Assembly: GCF_015207035.1 (NCBI RefSeq)
Contig: NZ_JADEXQ010000002.1
Location: 56,274-120,273 of the forward strand
Source: Romeriopsis navalis LEGE 11480
Lineage (GTDB): Bacteria; Cyanobacteriota; Cyanobacteriia; Leptolyngbyales; Leptolyngbyaceae
DNA: 64,000 bases
Direction of reading: 5' to 3'
In this document: one piece after another, positions 48,357 to 57,798 of the stretch
How the letters are laid out: the number at the start of each line of letters is the position of its first letter
Position numbering within the stretch: position 1 is the first letter of the stretch
Notes under the pieces: model-generated
Databases searched by the model: none
The model's input: the letters and a program-made list of their open reading frames with translations, nothing else
What the model was told of the DNA's origin: nothing
Made by a program: the position numbers and the translations under genes

Positions 48357-50717
48357 TTATGTCGAGATATTCTGTGTGAGGGACGTGGCCGTTGACTCAA
48401 CGTCTGGATCAGTGGTGGTGGTTGTCGGTTGCTTCTGAGCCAGTGGGAGGGTGAACCAAAATGTAGAACCAGCATTGCGTTCACTTTCGACGCCGAGTTC
48501 GCCCATATGCGCTTGAATGATTTGATGGCAAAGGAAAAGTCCGAGCCCTAATCCGGTTAAGCGGCGATCGAATTTCCCACGGGGGTAAGGTCGGATAAAG
48601 AGGGCGTGTTGTTGTTCGGGGCTGAGACCAACGCCATTGTCTTTGACTTCGACAAATAAATGTTCTTGAGCGGGTAATACCCGTGCGGCGATCGTGATGG
48701 TGGTGGTGGATGAATTATGCTGAATTGCGTTACTGATAAGATTTTCAAACACCCGCTGGAGGTATGTCGCATCCCCTTGGATATCGGGCAAATCGATGCT
48801 GATTTGATTCTGGATATTGCCTTGGTGGGTGGCGGTAATTGGCTGCAGCTGATTCAGTGCGTGGGCAATTAAACTATGACAGTTCAGCGCTTCGGGATTC
48901 GGTTGAAAGCGTGGGTCGGGCATATCGGCATATTCGTCGAGCAGTGCCTGAATCAAGTCGATTTGGCGATTACTGCTTTCCAGCATGCGATCGAGAATGG
49001 ATTTGGGCAGCGAAATTCGATCACCGGATTGCATGGCCAATTTTTGCAGCACCATTAACATGCCGAGGACGGGTGTCCGTAAGTCATGGTTGACGGCATG
49101 GAGCAGTTGCTGCCGGGCCTGGTCACGGTCCATAAACTCGGTAATGTTATGGCGTAATTGCTCGGTGCGATCGCGCACCTCAGTCTCCATTGTGTTGGCG
49201 TGGGTTTGGAGATTGTTATAGAGGTTGCCTTGCTGAATTGCCAGCTCGATTTGGGGGGCTAGCCGTTTGATTAAGTCAACTTCGGCTGGTTGCCATTGCC
49301 GCGCTGCTTGGCATTGGTGAATGACGAGCAAGCCAAAGGGTTGACCATCTTGTTCTAGGGATGTCGTAAGACTCGACCGAATTTTGTAGCGTTCATAGGC
49401 GGCTTGGAGAAACGGCGTGACTTCAACGGTGCGGACATCGTCGCGGACTTGGACCGGTTGATTTTGATAGCGTCCCTGCATTTCGGTGACAATTTCGGCG
49501 GGAATTTGGGTGCCCAAAATCGATGGCCAAGCATCGATTACCGATTCGGCACTGACAAACCCTTCACCGGATTCATTGGCTTGGAAAAGGCAAACCCGAT
49601 CGGCATTCAAGAGTTGCCGCACTTCTTCAACGGTCTGCTGCAAAATCTCCGAGATATTCAGTGATTGGCGAATCCGGTTGGAGACCTCATTTAACAGGCG
49701 TTCGACGTCGCCATCGGGGGGGCTCTGATTCAGGCTGCGAGAGTTGGCCTGGAGTTGATCAATCAGGGTTTGTCGCTCTTGGACGGCCGCGCCGGTAACG
49801 AGGGAAATGGCGAGCACGATCGTACTCCAGCTTTGAAAATCAGTAATGCCTAATTCGAGGTTACCACCCCGCGCCAGAAATAGCCCGGAGCCATGAAAGG
49901 TATACCAAGCCGCTAAGCTGACAATCAGAAAGCCGCTAAAAATACTGCCGCGCTGGCCAAACCGGGCGACGGCCCAAGCAAGGCAGAAAAAGGGGAGATA
50001 TTCCAACCAAGGAATGCTGGGTTTTGCATGGGTGACGGTGATCCAGCTGCTCAGGCCTACGGCAAATAGCCAGAGCACAATGGCCCAATTGCGGGGTTGG
50101 AAGAGGCGGCGGAGTTGTCGGGGATGGCTATGTTCGACGACCCATTGCCAATCGAGGGGCCGACCATGATTAAACGTGAGCAACAATGGTGCAACGGTTA
50201 GAATTCCTAGGCTGTCGGCACGCCACAGACTCCACCAGTAACTGCCCATAACGGGCAATGGCAGGATATTGCCAAAGGAACGACTCAGACTACTAATTGT
50301 GGCATTGAGACTACTTGGAAGGAGGGCCGCAAATAGGATGAAGAGCATAATATCGCGCACCCGATGCAGCATCGGACTGACATTTAAGCGCCGCATAAAC
50401 CAGTAGCCTAATCCGGTGGCGACGCCATTCCCGAAGGTTGTGCCAATGATCGCTTCCCAGGGCATACCCTGGGTCTTTGCACTCCAGCAGGAGGCAATCA
50501 AAATTCCAATGAGGGCCGATGGTCCATACAGCAGCATTAAGGCCAGCGCGAGTCCCGCAACGGGATTGAGCGGTGGGGTATTCGTGCCAATATGCAACCA
50601 TGCTAAAACCCAGCGCTCTAGGTTATAGCAGGCGACTGCTGTGCCTAAAATCACCCAAATACTTCGGAAAGGCTCGCGCCTCAAGACTTTTCCAACCTGC
50701 CACGCAGCCATAGCCAA
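48357..50717 (-). CDS. Sensor histidine kinase with N-terminal MASE1 membrane domain and GAF domain
   Basis: 786 aa. About 8 TM helices of MASE1 type, then GAF, HisKA (HDLRTP), and HATPase_c. Confidence 0.85.
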   Translation of the reverse strand: MAMAAWQVGKVLRREPFRSIWVILGTAVACYNLERWVLAWLHIGTNTPPLNPVAGLALALMLLYGPSALIGILIASCWSAKTQGMPWEAIIGTTFGNGVATGLGYWFMRRLNVSPMLHRVRDIMLFILFAALLPSSLNATISSLSRSFGNILPLPVMGSYWWSLWRADSLGILTVAPLLLTFNHGRPLDWQWVVEHSHPRQLRRLFQPRNWAIVLWLFAVGLSSWITVTHAKPSIPWLEYLPFFCLAWAVARFGQRGSIFSGFLIVSLAAWYTFHGSGLFLARGGNLELGITDFQSWSTIVLAISLVTGAAVQERQTLIDQLQANSRSLNQSPPDGDVERLLNEVSNRIRQSLNISEILQQTVEEVRQLLNADRVCLFQANESGEGFVSAESVIDAWPSILGTQIPAEIVTEMQGRYQNQPVQVRDDVRTVEVTPFLQAAYERYKIRSSLTTSLEQDGQPFGLLVIHQCQAARQWQPAEVDLIKRLAPQIELAIQQGNLYNNLQTHANTMETEVRDRTEQLRHNITEFMDRDQARQQLLHAVNHDLRTPVLGMLMVLQKLAMQSGDRISLPKSILDRMLESSNRQIDLIQALLDEYADMPDPRFQPNPEALNCHSLIAHALNQLQPITATHQGNIQNQISIDLPDIQGDATYLQRVFENLISNAIQHNSSTTTITIAARVLPAQEHLFVEVKDNGVGLSPEQQHALFIRPYPRGKFDRRLTGLGLGLFLCHQIIQAHMGELGVESERNAGSTFWFTLPLAQKQPTTTTTDPDVESTATSLTQNIST

Positions 50718-50990
50718 AATCTACTGAGGAAACACATGCCCCATAATCGGCGAGGTCATCTGCGTCAGCGATACCACCGCTTTTCTAGGTCTATCAGCAC
50801 TATAAGCGAAATCTTGGGAACCGGAAGACAGATTTCCGCTGGCGGTGGTCGAAGGCCGGTCATTGGGCAGAATTTGGTGGAATTGATGAAATGAATGAAT
50901 GTTGCCTCTTTGTCACATCTTTCGGGATATGCCGTCACAGAAAGGGAATAAGGTGATAATGCTAAAAAAGACTACAAAGTATTATTCGGT

Positions 50991-52190
50991 ATGGTGAAGT
51001 TGTTGAATCAGTGGGTGGCCTTGCCCGATCGCTTAGTGGTCCTGTGTCTGGTTGGTAGCACTATGCTGGCGATCGGTGGCTGTGAAGCGGTTGCGAAACG
51101 TCAGGAACCGGCGAATCCATCCGTGGCAGAGCAGCGTGAATCCCCCAAGCCACCGGCCCAAACGGCGAATTCCTCGACAGCTGCACCGATGGTGAATAAT
51201 CCGAATTTCATTGCGGATGCGGTGGAGCGGGTTGGCCCGTCGGTCGTGCGGATTAATGCCTTGAAGCGTGTAAACGGCGACGTTGATCCATTCCGCCAAT
51301 TTTTTGGTGAAGGGGGAATGCCGGAAGAGAAGGTGCGTGAGGGATCAGGATCGGGATTTATCTTGACATCGAATGGCCGGGTGTTGACCAATGCCCATGT
51401 GGTTGAGGGCGCGGACGAAGTTGAGGTGAAGCTTAAAGATGGTCGCTCGTTTAAGGGCAAGGTCGTGGGACTGGATACGGTCACCGATATTGCGGCGATC
51501 AAAATTGCGGCGAATGAATTGCCCGCCGTGACAATTGGGAATTCGGATCAACTGACTCCGGGGAATTGGGCGATCGCCATTGGTAATCCACTGGGTCTCG
51601 ATAACACGGTGACGGCTGGGATTATTAGTGCTTTGGGTCGAAGTAGCCGAGAAGTGGGGATTTCGGATAAGCGCGTTAGCTTTATTCAGACCGATGCCGC
51701 AATTAATCCAGGGAACTCGGGTGGTCCATTGTTGAACGATCGCGGTGAGGTGATTGGGGTGAATACGGCGATTCGAGCCAATGCTCAAGGTTTGGGCTTT
51801 GCAATTCCGATGAGCACGGCCCAGCGGATTGCCGATCAGTTATTTGCTCAAGGTAAGGCGAGTCACCCATTCCTCGGGATTCAGATGCTTGATCTGACGC
51901 CACAACTGAAGCAGCGGCTGAATGAAAATGCTGAGCTTGATTTTAAAGTTACTCAAGATCAAGGCGTATTGGTGGTACTAGTGGGTCGCAATACACCGGC
52001 ATTGACTGCTGGGATGAAGCCTGGCGATATTCTGAAGAAAATTGAGGAGACGGAGATTAAAGAAGCTGAGGATGTCCGCGATCGGCTGGATCGGGCCAAA
52101 GTGGGTGAACCAGTATCGGTGACGGTCGATCGGCAGGGACAGACAGTTGTGCTGAAGGTGACACCGGTCAACCTGCCGCCTCGGTCCTAA
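50991..52190 (+). CDS. HtrA/DegP-family serine protease with a PDZ domain
   Basis: 399 aa. Signal/TM, trypsin-like catalytic triad (TNAHVV, D, GNSGGPL) and a C-terminal PDZ. Confidence 0.9.
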   Translation: MVKLLNQWVALPDRLVVLCLVGSTMLAIGGCEAVAKRQEPANPSVAEQRESPKPPAQTANSSTAAPMVNNPNFIADAVERVGPSVVRINALKRVNGDVDPFRQFFGEGGMPEEKVREGSGSGFILTSNGRVLTNAHVVEGADEVEVKLKDGRSFKGKVVGLDTVTDIAAIKIAANELPAVTIGNSDQLTPGNWAIAIGNPLGLDNTVTAGIISALGRSSREVGISDKRVSFIQTDAAINPGNSGGPLLNDRGEVIGVNTAIRANAQGLGFAIPMSTAQRIADQLFAQGKASHPFLGIQMLDLTPQLKQRLNENAELDFKVTQDQGVLVVLVGRNTPALTAGMKPGDILKKIEETEIKEAEDVRDRLDRAKVGEPVSVTVDRQGQTVVLKVTPVNLPPRS

Positions 52191-52234
52191 ATTACGTCTG
52201 GAGTGATGCGATGTTGATTTAAGTGCTAATTGGT

Positions 52235-52290
52235 CCAAAAAAGCATTCGGGAGCGATGGTTAAACTGAACCATCGCTCCCGAATGCTTGA
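52235..52290 (-). terminator. Intrinsic terminator for the minus-strand gene 52347-52718 (21-bp perfect stem)
   Basis: aagcattcgggagcgatggtt/aaccatcgctcccgaatgctt with loop aaactg. On the minus strand a U-tract follows (the reverse complement of ccaaaaaa). Confidence 0.6.
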
Positions 52291-52346
52291 TCGAATGCCG
52301 CATGACATCGCCTTGATCATCACCTTGCTGGAACAGTCACCTTGCC

Positions 52347-52718
52347 TTAATCGTCGTCCCCAAATGAAGGCAGCGAGTCAAAAATCGATGTCTCTAGCTC
52401 CATCCGCTGTTCCATTTGGCGGAGGAAGTAGCCAGTCAACATTGCGGATGCCAACATCCCGGCGAGATTTTCACGATCGGTAGAAATTTTAATATTGAAT
52501 GCTTCCCCCGGAAGCACACCCACTAATCCCTGAACGTTGTGGGAAATGATTTGTTTGACTTGGGGACTAACGGACCGCGCGATGCGTTCGAGGACTTCGG
52601 GGGGTTGGTGCTGGAGATACTTCAACAGCGCGTTGGTATCGACGGCTTCTCCGTCATTTAAGAAGTTGATGCTGTCAGGATCAAATGCCATTAGCGCCTC
52701 TTGGAAATCAGTGGACAA
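52347..52718 (-). CDS. Conserved hypothetical protein (possible DUF760-like)
   Basis: 123-aa acidic protein. A strong terminator lies downstream. Confidence 0.5.
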   Translation of the reverse strand: MSTDFQEALMAFDPDSINFLNDGEAVDTNALLKYLQHQPPEVLERIARSVSPQVKQIISHNVQGLVGVLPGEAFNIKISTDRENLAGMLASAMLTGYFLRQMEQRMELETSIFDSLPSFGDDD

Positions 52719-52958
52719 GCCTTTATGCCGTTGTCTCGAAGCAGTTGAATGTAACTAAAAATTGCTTCAAGTGCGTTGAAATCTCAACTCTTGTTCTATA
52801 GAGTTTACCCAATTAAGGCGGGAGTCGCATGGTGCTTCTGCGGATCTTGCGGCAATTTGCCCGAATATGCGGGGTTTGAAGTTGCATAAACTCCTGGTAG
52901 GGAGTGGATTCATCGAATCTACCGATTCAGGCAAATTAGTCTGGATGATTGGGCGGAT

Positions 52959-53753
52959 TTACGTTGCAGCTGTTGCTACGGTATCGGGTGTGATCGTGTC
53001 GGCCTCAAGTTCTGATTCATAGAGTTGCTCTTCGCGTTCGAGCACCTCATCGGAAATTGTGCCGACTACGGTCGGAGGTGCCGGGGGGGCTGATTCATTG
53101 GTAGCTGTTTCATGGGCTTCAGCATCAGTCACCTCACCGTCAGCGTTATGGTCGCTGGCGTCAGCCAGGGTGGGTGCTTCTGTCTCAGTCGCTTCGTCGG
53201 ACTCGACCGCTGCTTCTGGTTTGCTGGCAGATGCGGATTGGACTTTGGTGGTATTGCTGCTCGATTCCCCCAGGAGTTGATCGATGTTGCCAGGTAACTG
53301 GTTTAGCTGGAAATATTGGTGGAACTTATCCGTGACTTGCAGCCAGAACGATCGACCATCTGATCGTCGGCGTTTGCGCACGAAACCTTTTTCGACTAAG
53401 TCGCGCACGTGGTCGTAGGCGGTGGAACCGCGCAGGTTGATCAGATCGGTTTGGATCATGGGGCCTTTGAGCGCGATGACTGCCAAGGTGCGTAAAGCGC
53501 CTTTGCCGATGTCAGCAGGAATCAGATTTTGAACCAGATTCTGGAAGTCTTCCCGTAGTTGGAGGCTATAGCCATTAGGAGTTTCAATTACCTCAAGGGC
53601 GGTTTCCCGATGGGCATAGTCGGCCATCAGTTCTAACAGCCCCTCTTCGGCATCATCACGATCGCAGCAGGCGAGCTCGGCAATTTCTGCCAAGGTAAGC
53701 GCCTGCGCCTTGAGGTAAAGGATTGCTTCAATTGTTGTTGCTAGACGAGCCAT
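52959..53753 (-). CDS. scpB: Segregation and condensation protein B with an acidic C-terminal extension
   Basis: Tandem winged-helix ScpB motifs (IEAILYL..LTLAEIA; ALRTLAVIALKGPMIQTDLINLRGS). The C-terminal about 90 aa are D/E-rich. Confidence 0.85.
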   Translation of the reverse strand: MARLATTIEAILYLKAQALTLAEIAELACCDRDDAEEGLLELMADYAHRETALEVIETPNGYSLQLREDFQNLVQNLIPADIGKGALRTLAVIALKGPMIQTDLINLRGSTAYDHVRDLVEKGFVRKRRRSDGRSFWLQVTDKFHQYFQLNQLPGNIDQLLGESSSNTTKVQSASASKPEAAVESDEATETEAPTLADASDHNADGEVTDAEAHETATNESAPPAPPTVVGTISDEVLEREEQLYESELEADTITPDTVATAAT

Positions 53754-53859
53754 AGGTATAGATGAACCACTTGCTAGTCGTGAATTTCAAGATTCACATA
53801 CGAATTGTGAGTGGCGCAATTAAAGCAGAAAATCGCCCGTCTTGAAAATTTTTATCGAC

Positions 53860-54978
53860 TTAGCTGGCTTGTCGATCCTGTGATTGGAGCGGTTGATGAT
53901 GGCTGGAAATCTTCGTCTGTTCTGAGATATAGCGATCATGCTGCCGCTGCATTAAACGTTGTACGGCGATAATGGCGGGATTAACTTCGACATATCGACG
54001 CTCTGGATCCTGCTTGTAATGGCTGTATTCGCTTTCGATCATTTCGATGTCTTGCCGCAGAAAGCGCATAAAGAAACGCTCCCGAATCACGGGTTCTAAA
54101 ACGGTTCGAATTGGATCGAGGATCCAGCGTGGGATGCGGACCTTGACGAACATCATGGCAAAGGAACGACTGTGGCTCGGATCGATCGGCAACCGCATCA
54201 GATAGAGAAATGAGCTGCCTTTGAGGGTATTGATGTAGTTGGGATAGACGTAATCGACGGTGATGGTTTGGGTGGTTTGGCCGCTGCTGTCATTGAGGCC
54301 GAGGAAGTTGGTCATGATGCCACTGTAGGAAACTTGATATTCCGCGCAGACGGAGTTTTCCGTTTGTTGCAATTGCTTGAGGATTGGGTCATACCAGCCC
54401 TGGAGATTTTGGTGAAGATGACCGTGGAAAACATCCATCGTGTTTTCATTGCAGATGGTGTAGTGAGATTCAAATTCTGCCCCGATCGGGATCATCAAAT
54501 AGTTGGGATCATCGTATTGGGGGATTTCCAGCATCGGGGTGGAGTCTGCCCGGGATTGATCGCCCGGGAATAAGAAAATCAGGCCATAGCGCTCGCGGAC
54601 TGGGTAGGTGCGGAGACAGGCGCGTGGCAGTTTTTGGTCCGTGGGGTAATAGGGAATATTGCTGCATTCACCTGCAGGGGAAAATTCCCACCCATGGTAG
54701 GCACAGACGATGTTATCGCCTTTAACGCTGCCCTTGTGCAGCGAAACGCCTTTGTGGGGACAAATATCTTCGACGGCCTGAATTTGGCCAGTTTGGTCGC
54801 GGTATAGGGCGATCTCTTGGTTCCAAATTTTGACTGGGGTGATTTGTTGATCAGCGGTAACATCTTTGGCCCAGGCGACGGCATACCAATAATTGGGGTT
54901 AATCCCGATGGTCCGAATCTGGTTTTGAACGATTTGCCCTGTGAGTTGGGGGTTTAGGGTTGCGGTTGTCGATTCCAT
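53860..54978 (-). CDS. Rieske [2Fe-2S] non-heme iron oxygenase (PAO/CAO-like)
   Basis: Rieske motif CPHKG..17..CAYHGW and a mononuclear iron motif E/D-x3-D-x2-H-x4-H (ENTMDVFHGHLH). Confidence 0.85.
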   Translation of the reverse strand: MESTTATLNPQLTGQIVQNQIRTIGINPNYWYAVAWAKDVTADQQITPVKIWNQEIALYRDQTGQIQAVEDICPHKGVSLHKGSVKGDNIVCAYHGWEFSPAGECSNIPYYPTDQKLPRACLRTYPVRERYGLIFLFPGDQSRADSTPMLEIPQYDDPNYLMIPIGAEFESHYTICNENTMDVFHGHLHQNLQGWYDPILKQLQQTENSVCAEYQVSYSGIMTNFLGLNDSSGQTTQTITVDYVYPNYINTLKGSSFLYLMRLPIDPSHSRSFAMMFVKVRIPRWILDPIRTVLEPVIRERFFMRFLRQDIEMIESEYSHYKQDPERRYVEVNPAIIAVQRLMQRQHDRYISEQTKISSHHQPLQSQDRQAS

Positions 54979-55139
54979 TATGGGGTAGATCCTTCACCAA
55001 TCGAGTTCAATGTCTTATTTCTGATTTTGGCGTTTGTGGTGGAGTTTGGCCACACTAAATTTGGCGAACTTCAATTAGTCATACACAGTTTGGCGAGTTT
55101 TGGATTTTCCCTCATACTAGGAAAAGCAAAATACATGAT

Positions 55140-55667
55140 TTGGTCTCAGCAGCAAAATTCCCTTCGCCCATGGATATCCGTAAATGTTGTGACCTTTTAG
55201 ATTTGCGCCCGGGTTATTCCCAGGAAGATTTAAAGCAGGCATATAAGGATTTGGTCCAGGTTTGGCATCCCGATCGGTTTTCCCACAGTGAGCGGTTGAA
55301 GCAAAAAGCCGAAAGTAAACTGAAGCAGATTAATTTGGCCTATGAGGTGCTTGATCAGGCGTTAGTGAAGCGGGCAAAGCTCCAGGCACATCGTGCGGCG
55401 CAGTCGATGAATTCGCCGGAATCCGTGGAGGAGCAGATTGTGCGGTCGGCATATGAGCAAAGTGTGGCTTGGGGCAGTCGTCCCGGTCAACGGTTGCGGT
55501 TTCAGCTGTCGATTGTGCTGTGGTCGGTGGGGATGTTTGGTGGCCTGATTGGTTTGATTGCGATGTTGGCTTGGCTCTCGTCGAATCTGATGTTGATTTG
55601 GGGTGCGGTGGTGGTGGTGGGCGGTTATTTTGGGTTGCGCTGGTTCCATGAGCAACAGCAGCGTTGA
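55140..55667 (+). CDS. J-domain (DnaJ-like) membrane protein
   Basis: J domain with HPD motif (VWHPDRF). Two C-terminal TM helices. The start is probably MDIRK at 55170. Confidence 0.7.
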   Translation: MVSAAKFPSPMDIRKCCDLLDLRPGYSQEDLKQAYKDLVQVWHPDRFSHSERLKQKAESKLKQINLAYEVLDQALVKRAKLQAHRAAQSMNSPESVEEQIVRSAYEQSVAWGSRPGQRLRFQLSIVLWSVGMFGGLIGLIAMLAWLSSNLMLIWGAVVVVGGYFGLRWFHEQQQR

Positions 55668-55814
55668 TGTGTTGTGTAGCGGCGATGGGCTTAGGTGCGG
55701 TGGTGCGGCGATATGAACTTTGGCGGAGATGTTAAATTGCGCTTACATCCTGGAAGAACGGCGGAGAAATAGGTTAGCGTCAGTAGTGTGGGCGTATGAG
55801 CAAGTTAGAAGGAT

Positions 55815-56204
55815 ATGTTCAAAGTCGTTTTATTTCCCGTCGATCGTAGTCCTGAAGCGCGTCAGGCGGCGGCGCTGGTGCTGCAAATAGCCCAGATGCA
55901 TAACAGCACATTACACATTTTGGCGGTGGTCGAACCGGAGAACGAAGCGATGGCTTCACCGGATGCGGTCGAGGCCTTGCTGGAAGAAGCAAAAGCGGTA
56001 TTTGTGGAACAAGGGATTCAAACGCAGACGATCGAGCGATCCGGGAAGCCGGCATTTACCATTTGTGATGTGGCGGATGAGATTGAGGCGGATTTGATTG
56101 TGATGGGGTCGCGGGGCTTGGGGCTGACGGTGGAAGGCGCTTCGGATAGTGTGGCGCAGAAGGTTTTGAGTTTATCGCCTTGTCCAGTGCTGGTGGTGCC
56201 GTAA
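55815..56204 (+). CDS. Universal stress protein (UspA family)
   Basis: 129 aa with Usp fold motifs (VLFPVDRS...; GSRGLG..VAQKVL...PVLVV). Confidence 0.85.
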   Translation: MFKVVLFPVDRSPEARQAAALVLQIAQMHNSTLHILAVVEPENEAMASPDAVEALLEEAKAVFVEQGIQTQTIERSGKPAFTICDVADEIEADLIVMGSRGLGLTVEGASDSVAQKVLSLSPCPVLVVP

Positions 56205-56360
56205 GTTCATGGCGCGCTAATGTTGGATGATTGTCGTCAGTGGCGACTGATTTGTACGGGGTATGCGAATTGTGTGGTTTATGCCGTTTCCGAGGGCGAT
56301 TGGTTGACGGTGCCCTGTAAACTGTTAACTGCTAAACCTCTTCATGCCTGAACTGCGCCC

Positions 56361-57206
56361 ATGTCAACACCTGCAATCCAGTGGTATCCCGGTCATATTG
56401 CCAAGGCGGAACGTAATCTGCTGGAGCAGTTGAAGAAGGTTGATGTAGTGCTAGAGGTGCGGGATTGTCGGATTCCGCTGGCGACGAATCATCCACGGGC
56501 GGAGCAATGGATTGGCAATAAGGGCCGCGTGCTCGTGATGAATCGGGTGGATATGATTCCCACGGAGGCCCGGCATCAGTGGGAAGACTGGCTGAAATCG
56601 CAAAATGAGGCACCTTGTTTTACGGATGGGCAGCATGGGAAGGGGGTGAAGTCGTTGGTGAAGTTGGCTCAGCGAGCCGGATCGCAGGTGAATGAGCGGC
56701 GTAAGGCGCGGGGGATGTTGCCGCGCCCGGTGCGGGCGGTGATGATTGGTTTTCCGAATGTGGGTAAGTCGGCGTTGATTAATCGCTTGCTCGGTAAGCG
56801 GGTGGTGGAGAGTGCGCGAAAGGCAGGGGTGACGCGATCGCTGCGCTGGGTGCGGATTTCTGATCAGATTGAGTTACTGGATGCGCCGGGGGTGTTGCCG
56901 AATATCTTGAATGATCAGGATGCGGCGATTAAGTTGGCGATTTGTGATGATATTGGTCAGGCGAGCTATGACCATCAGCGGGTGGCGGCGGCGATGGTGG
57001 AGTTGTTGAAGGATTTGCAGCAGGGACATGTTTTGCACGATCGTTATCAGGTTGACCCGGCGGATGTGACGGGGGAGACCTATGTACAGATGGTTTCGCA
57101 GCAGCGCTATACGGGCGATAGTGATCGGGCCGCGAATGCATTATTGAATGATTATCGAATTGGGCGGTTGGGGTCGATCGCGTTGGAATTGCCGCCGGTT
57201 AGTTAG
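56361..57206 (+). CDS. rbgA: Ribosome biogenesis GTPase A (YlqF/RbgA)
   Basis: Circularly permuted GTPase: N-terminal IQWYPGHIAKA, G4-G1-G3 order with NRVD, GFPNVGKSALIN and DAPG. Confidence 0.9.
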   Translation: MSTPAIQWYPGHIAKAERNLLEQLKKVDVVLEVRDCRIPLATNHPRAEQWIGNKGRVLVMNRVDMIPTEARHQWEDWLKSQNEAPCFTDGQHGKGVKSLVKLAQRAGSQVNERRKARGMLPRPVRAVMIGFPNVGKSALINRLLGKRVVESARKAGVTRSLRWVRISDQIELLDAPGVLPNILNDQDAAIKLAICDDIGQASYDHQRVAAAMVELLKDLQQGHVLHDRYQVDPADVTGETYVQMVSQQRYTGDSDRAANALLNDYRIGRLGSIALELPPVS

Positions 57207-57798
57207 GGGCGAATTGCGATGCTTACCACGATGCTTATGTCTTTTTTGGGGTGTTGGTTGGGGCATTGAATATATTGTTGAATCGGTTGGACTTGCGGAG
57301 CAGAAAAAAGGGATTTCGTGACTTTAAAATACAGATCCTCTAAATTTTTATTGCAATATCACTAGAACAATTGTTAAACATGGCACTATTTAGCGAAACG
57401 TAGATTTAAGCGTCTCTATCTGGCTGATATATCTATATCTAAATTGTGCCATCGGCAAGAATGTAAATTGCTCTGGTTATTGGATTACTATTGCACCCCT
57501 AAATTTCAGTTTTTGGATGGCTAGAGGGCAGTATTTCTTATGTTTATCGGCATTGCTGGTCCGGCATCGAGAGCGAGATTTACTTTGTGTGTGAATCGCC
57601 GGTAAACCGCTGCTTGTGCAATTTCTATTTTTTTGATTGACCGGTAATTAAAGACTAATATTCAGCTGCTAATTTCGACATTATGTAGCCGACGTGATTG
57701 CACAATTTAGCTGCTATTTCAGATGTTTGTATTGTCAAAAATAAAGCGGCTAAGTTTGTTGATGCCAATTTTGTGAAGTCCCCGATTCTGGTGAAGCC

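Noticed and set aside
55362-55655. 97-aa histidine-rich ORF antisense to the J-domain gene
   Set aside because: It lies in the shadow of a GC-rich coding region and its composition is driven by the sense-strand codons.
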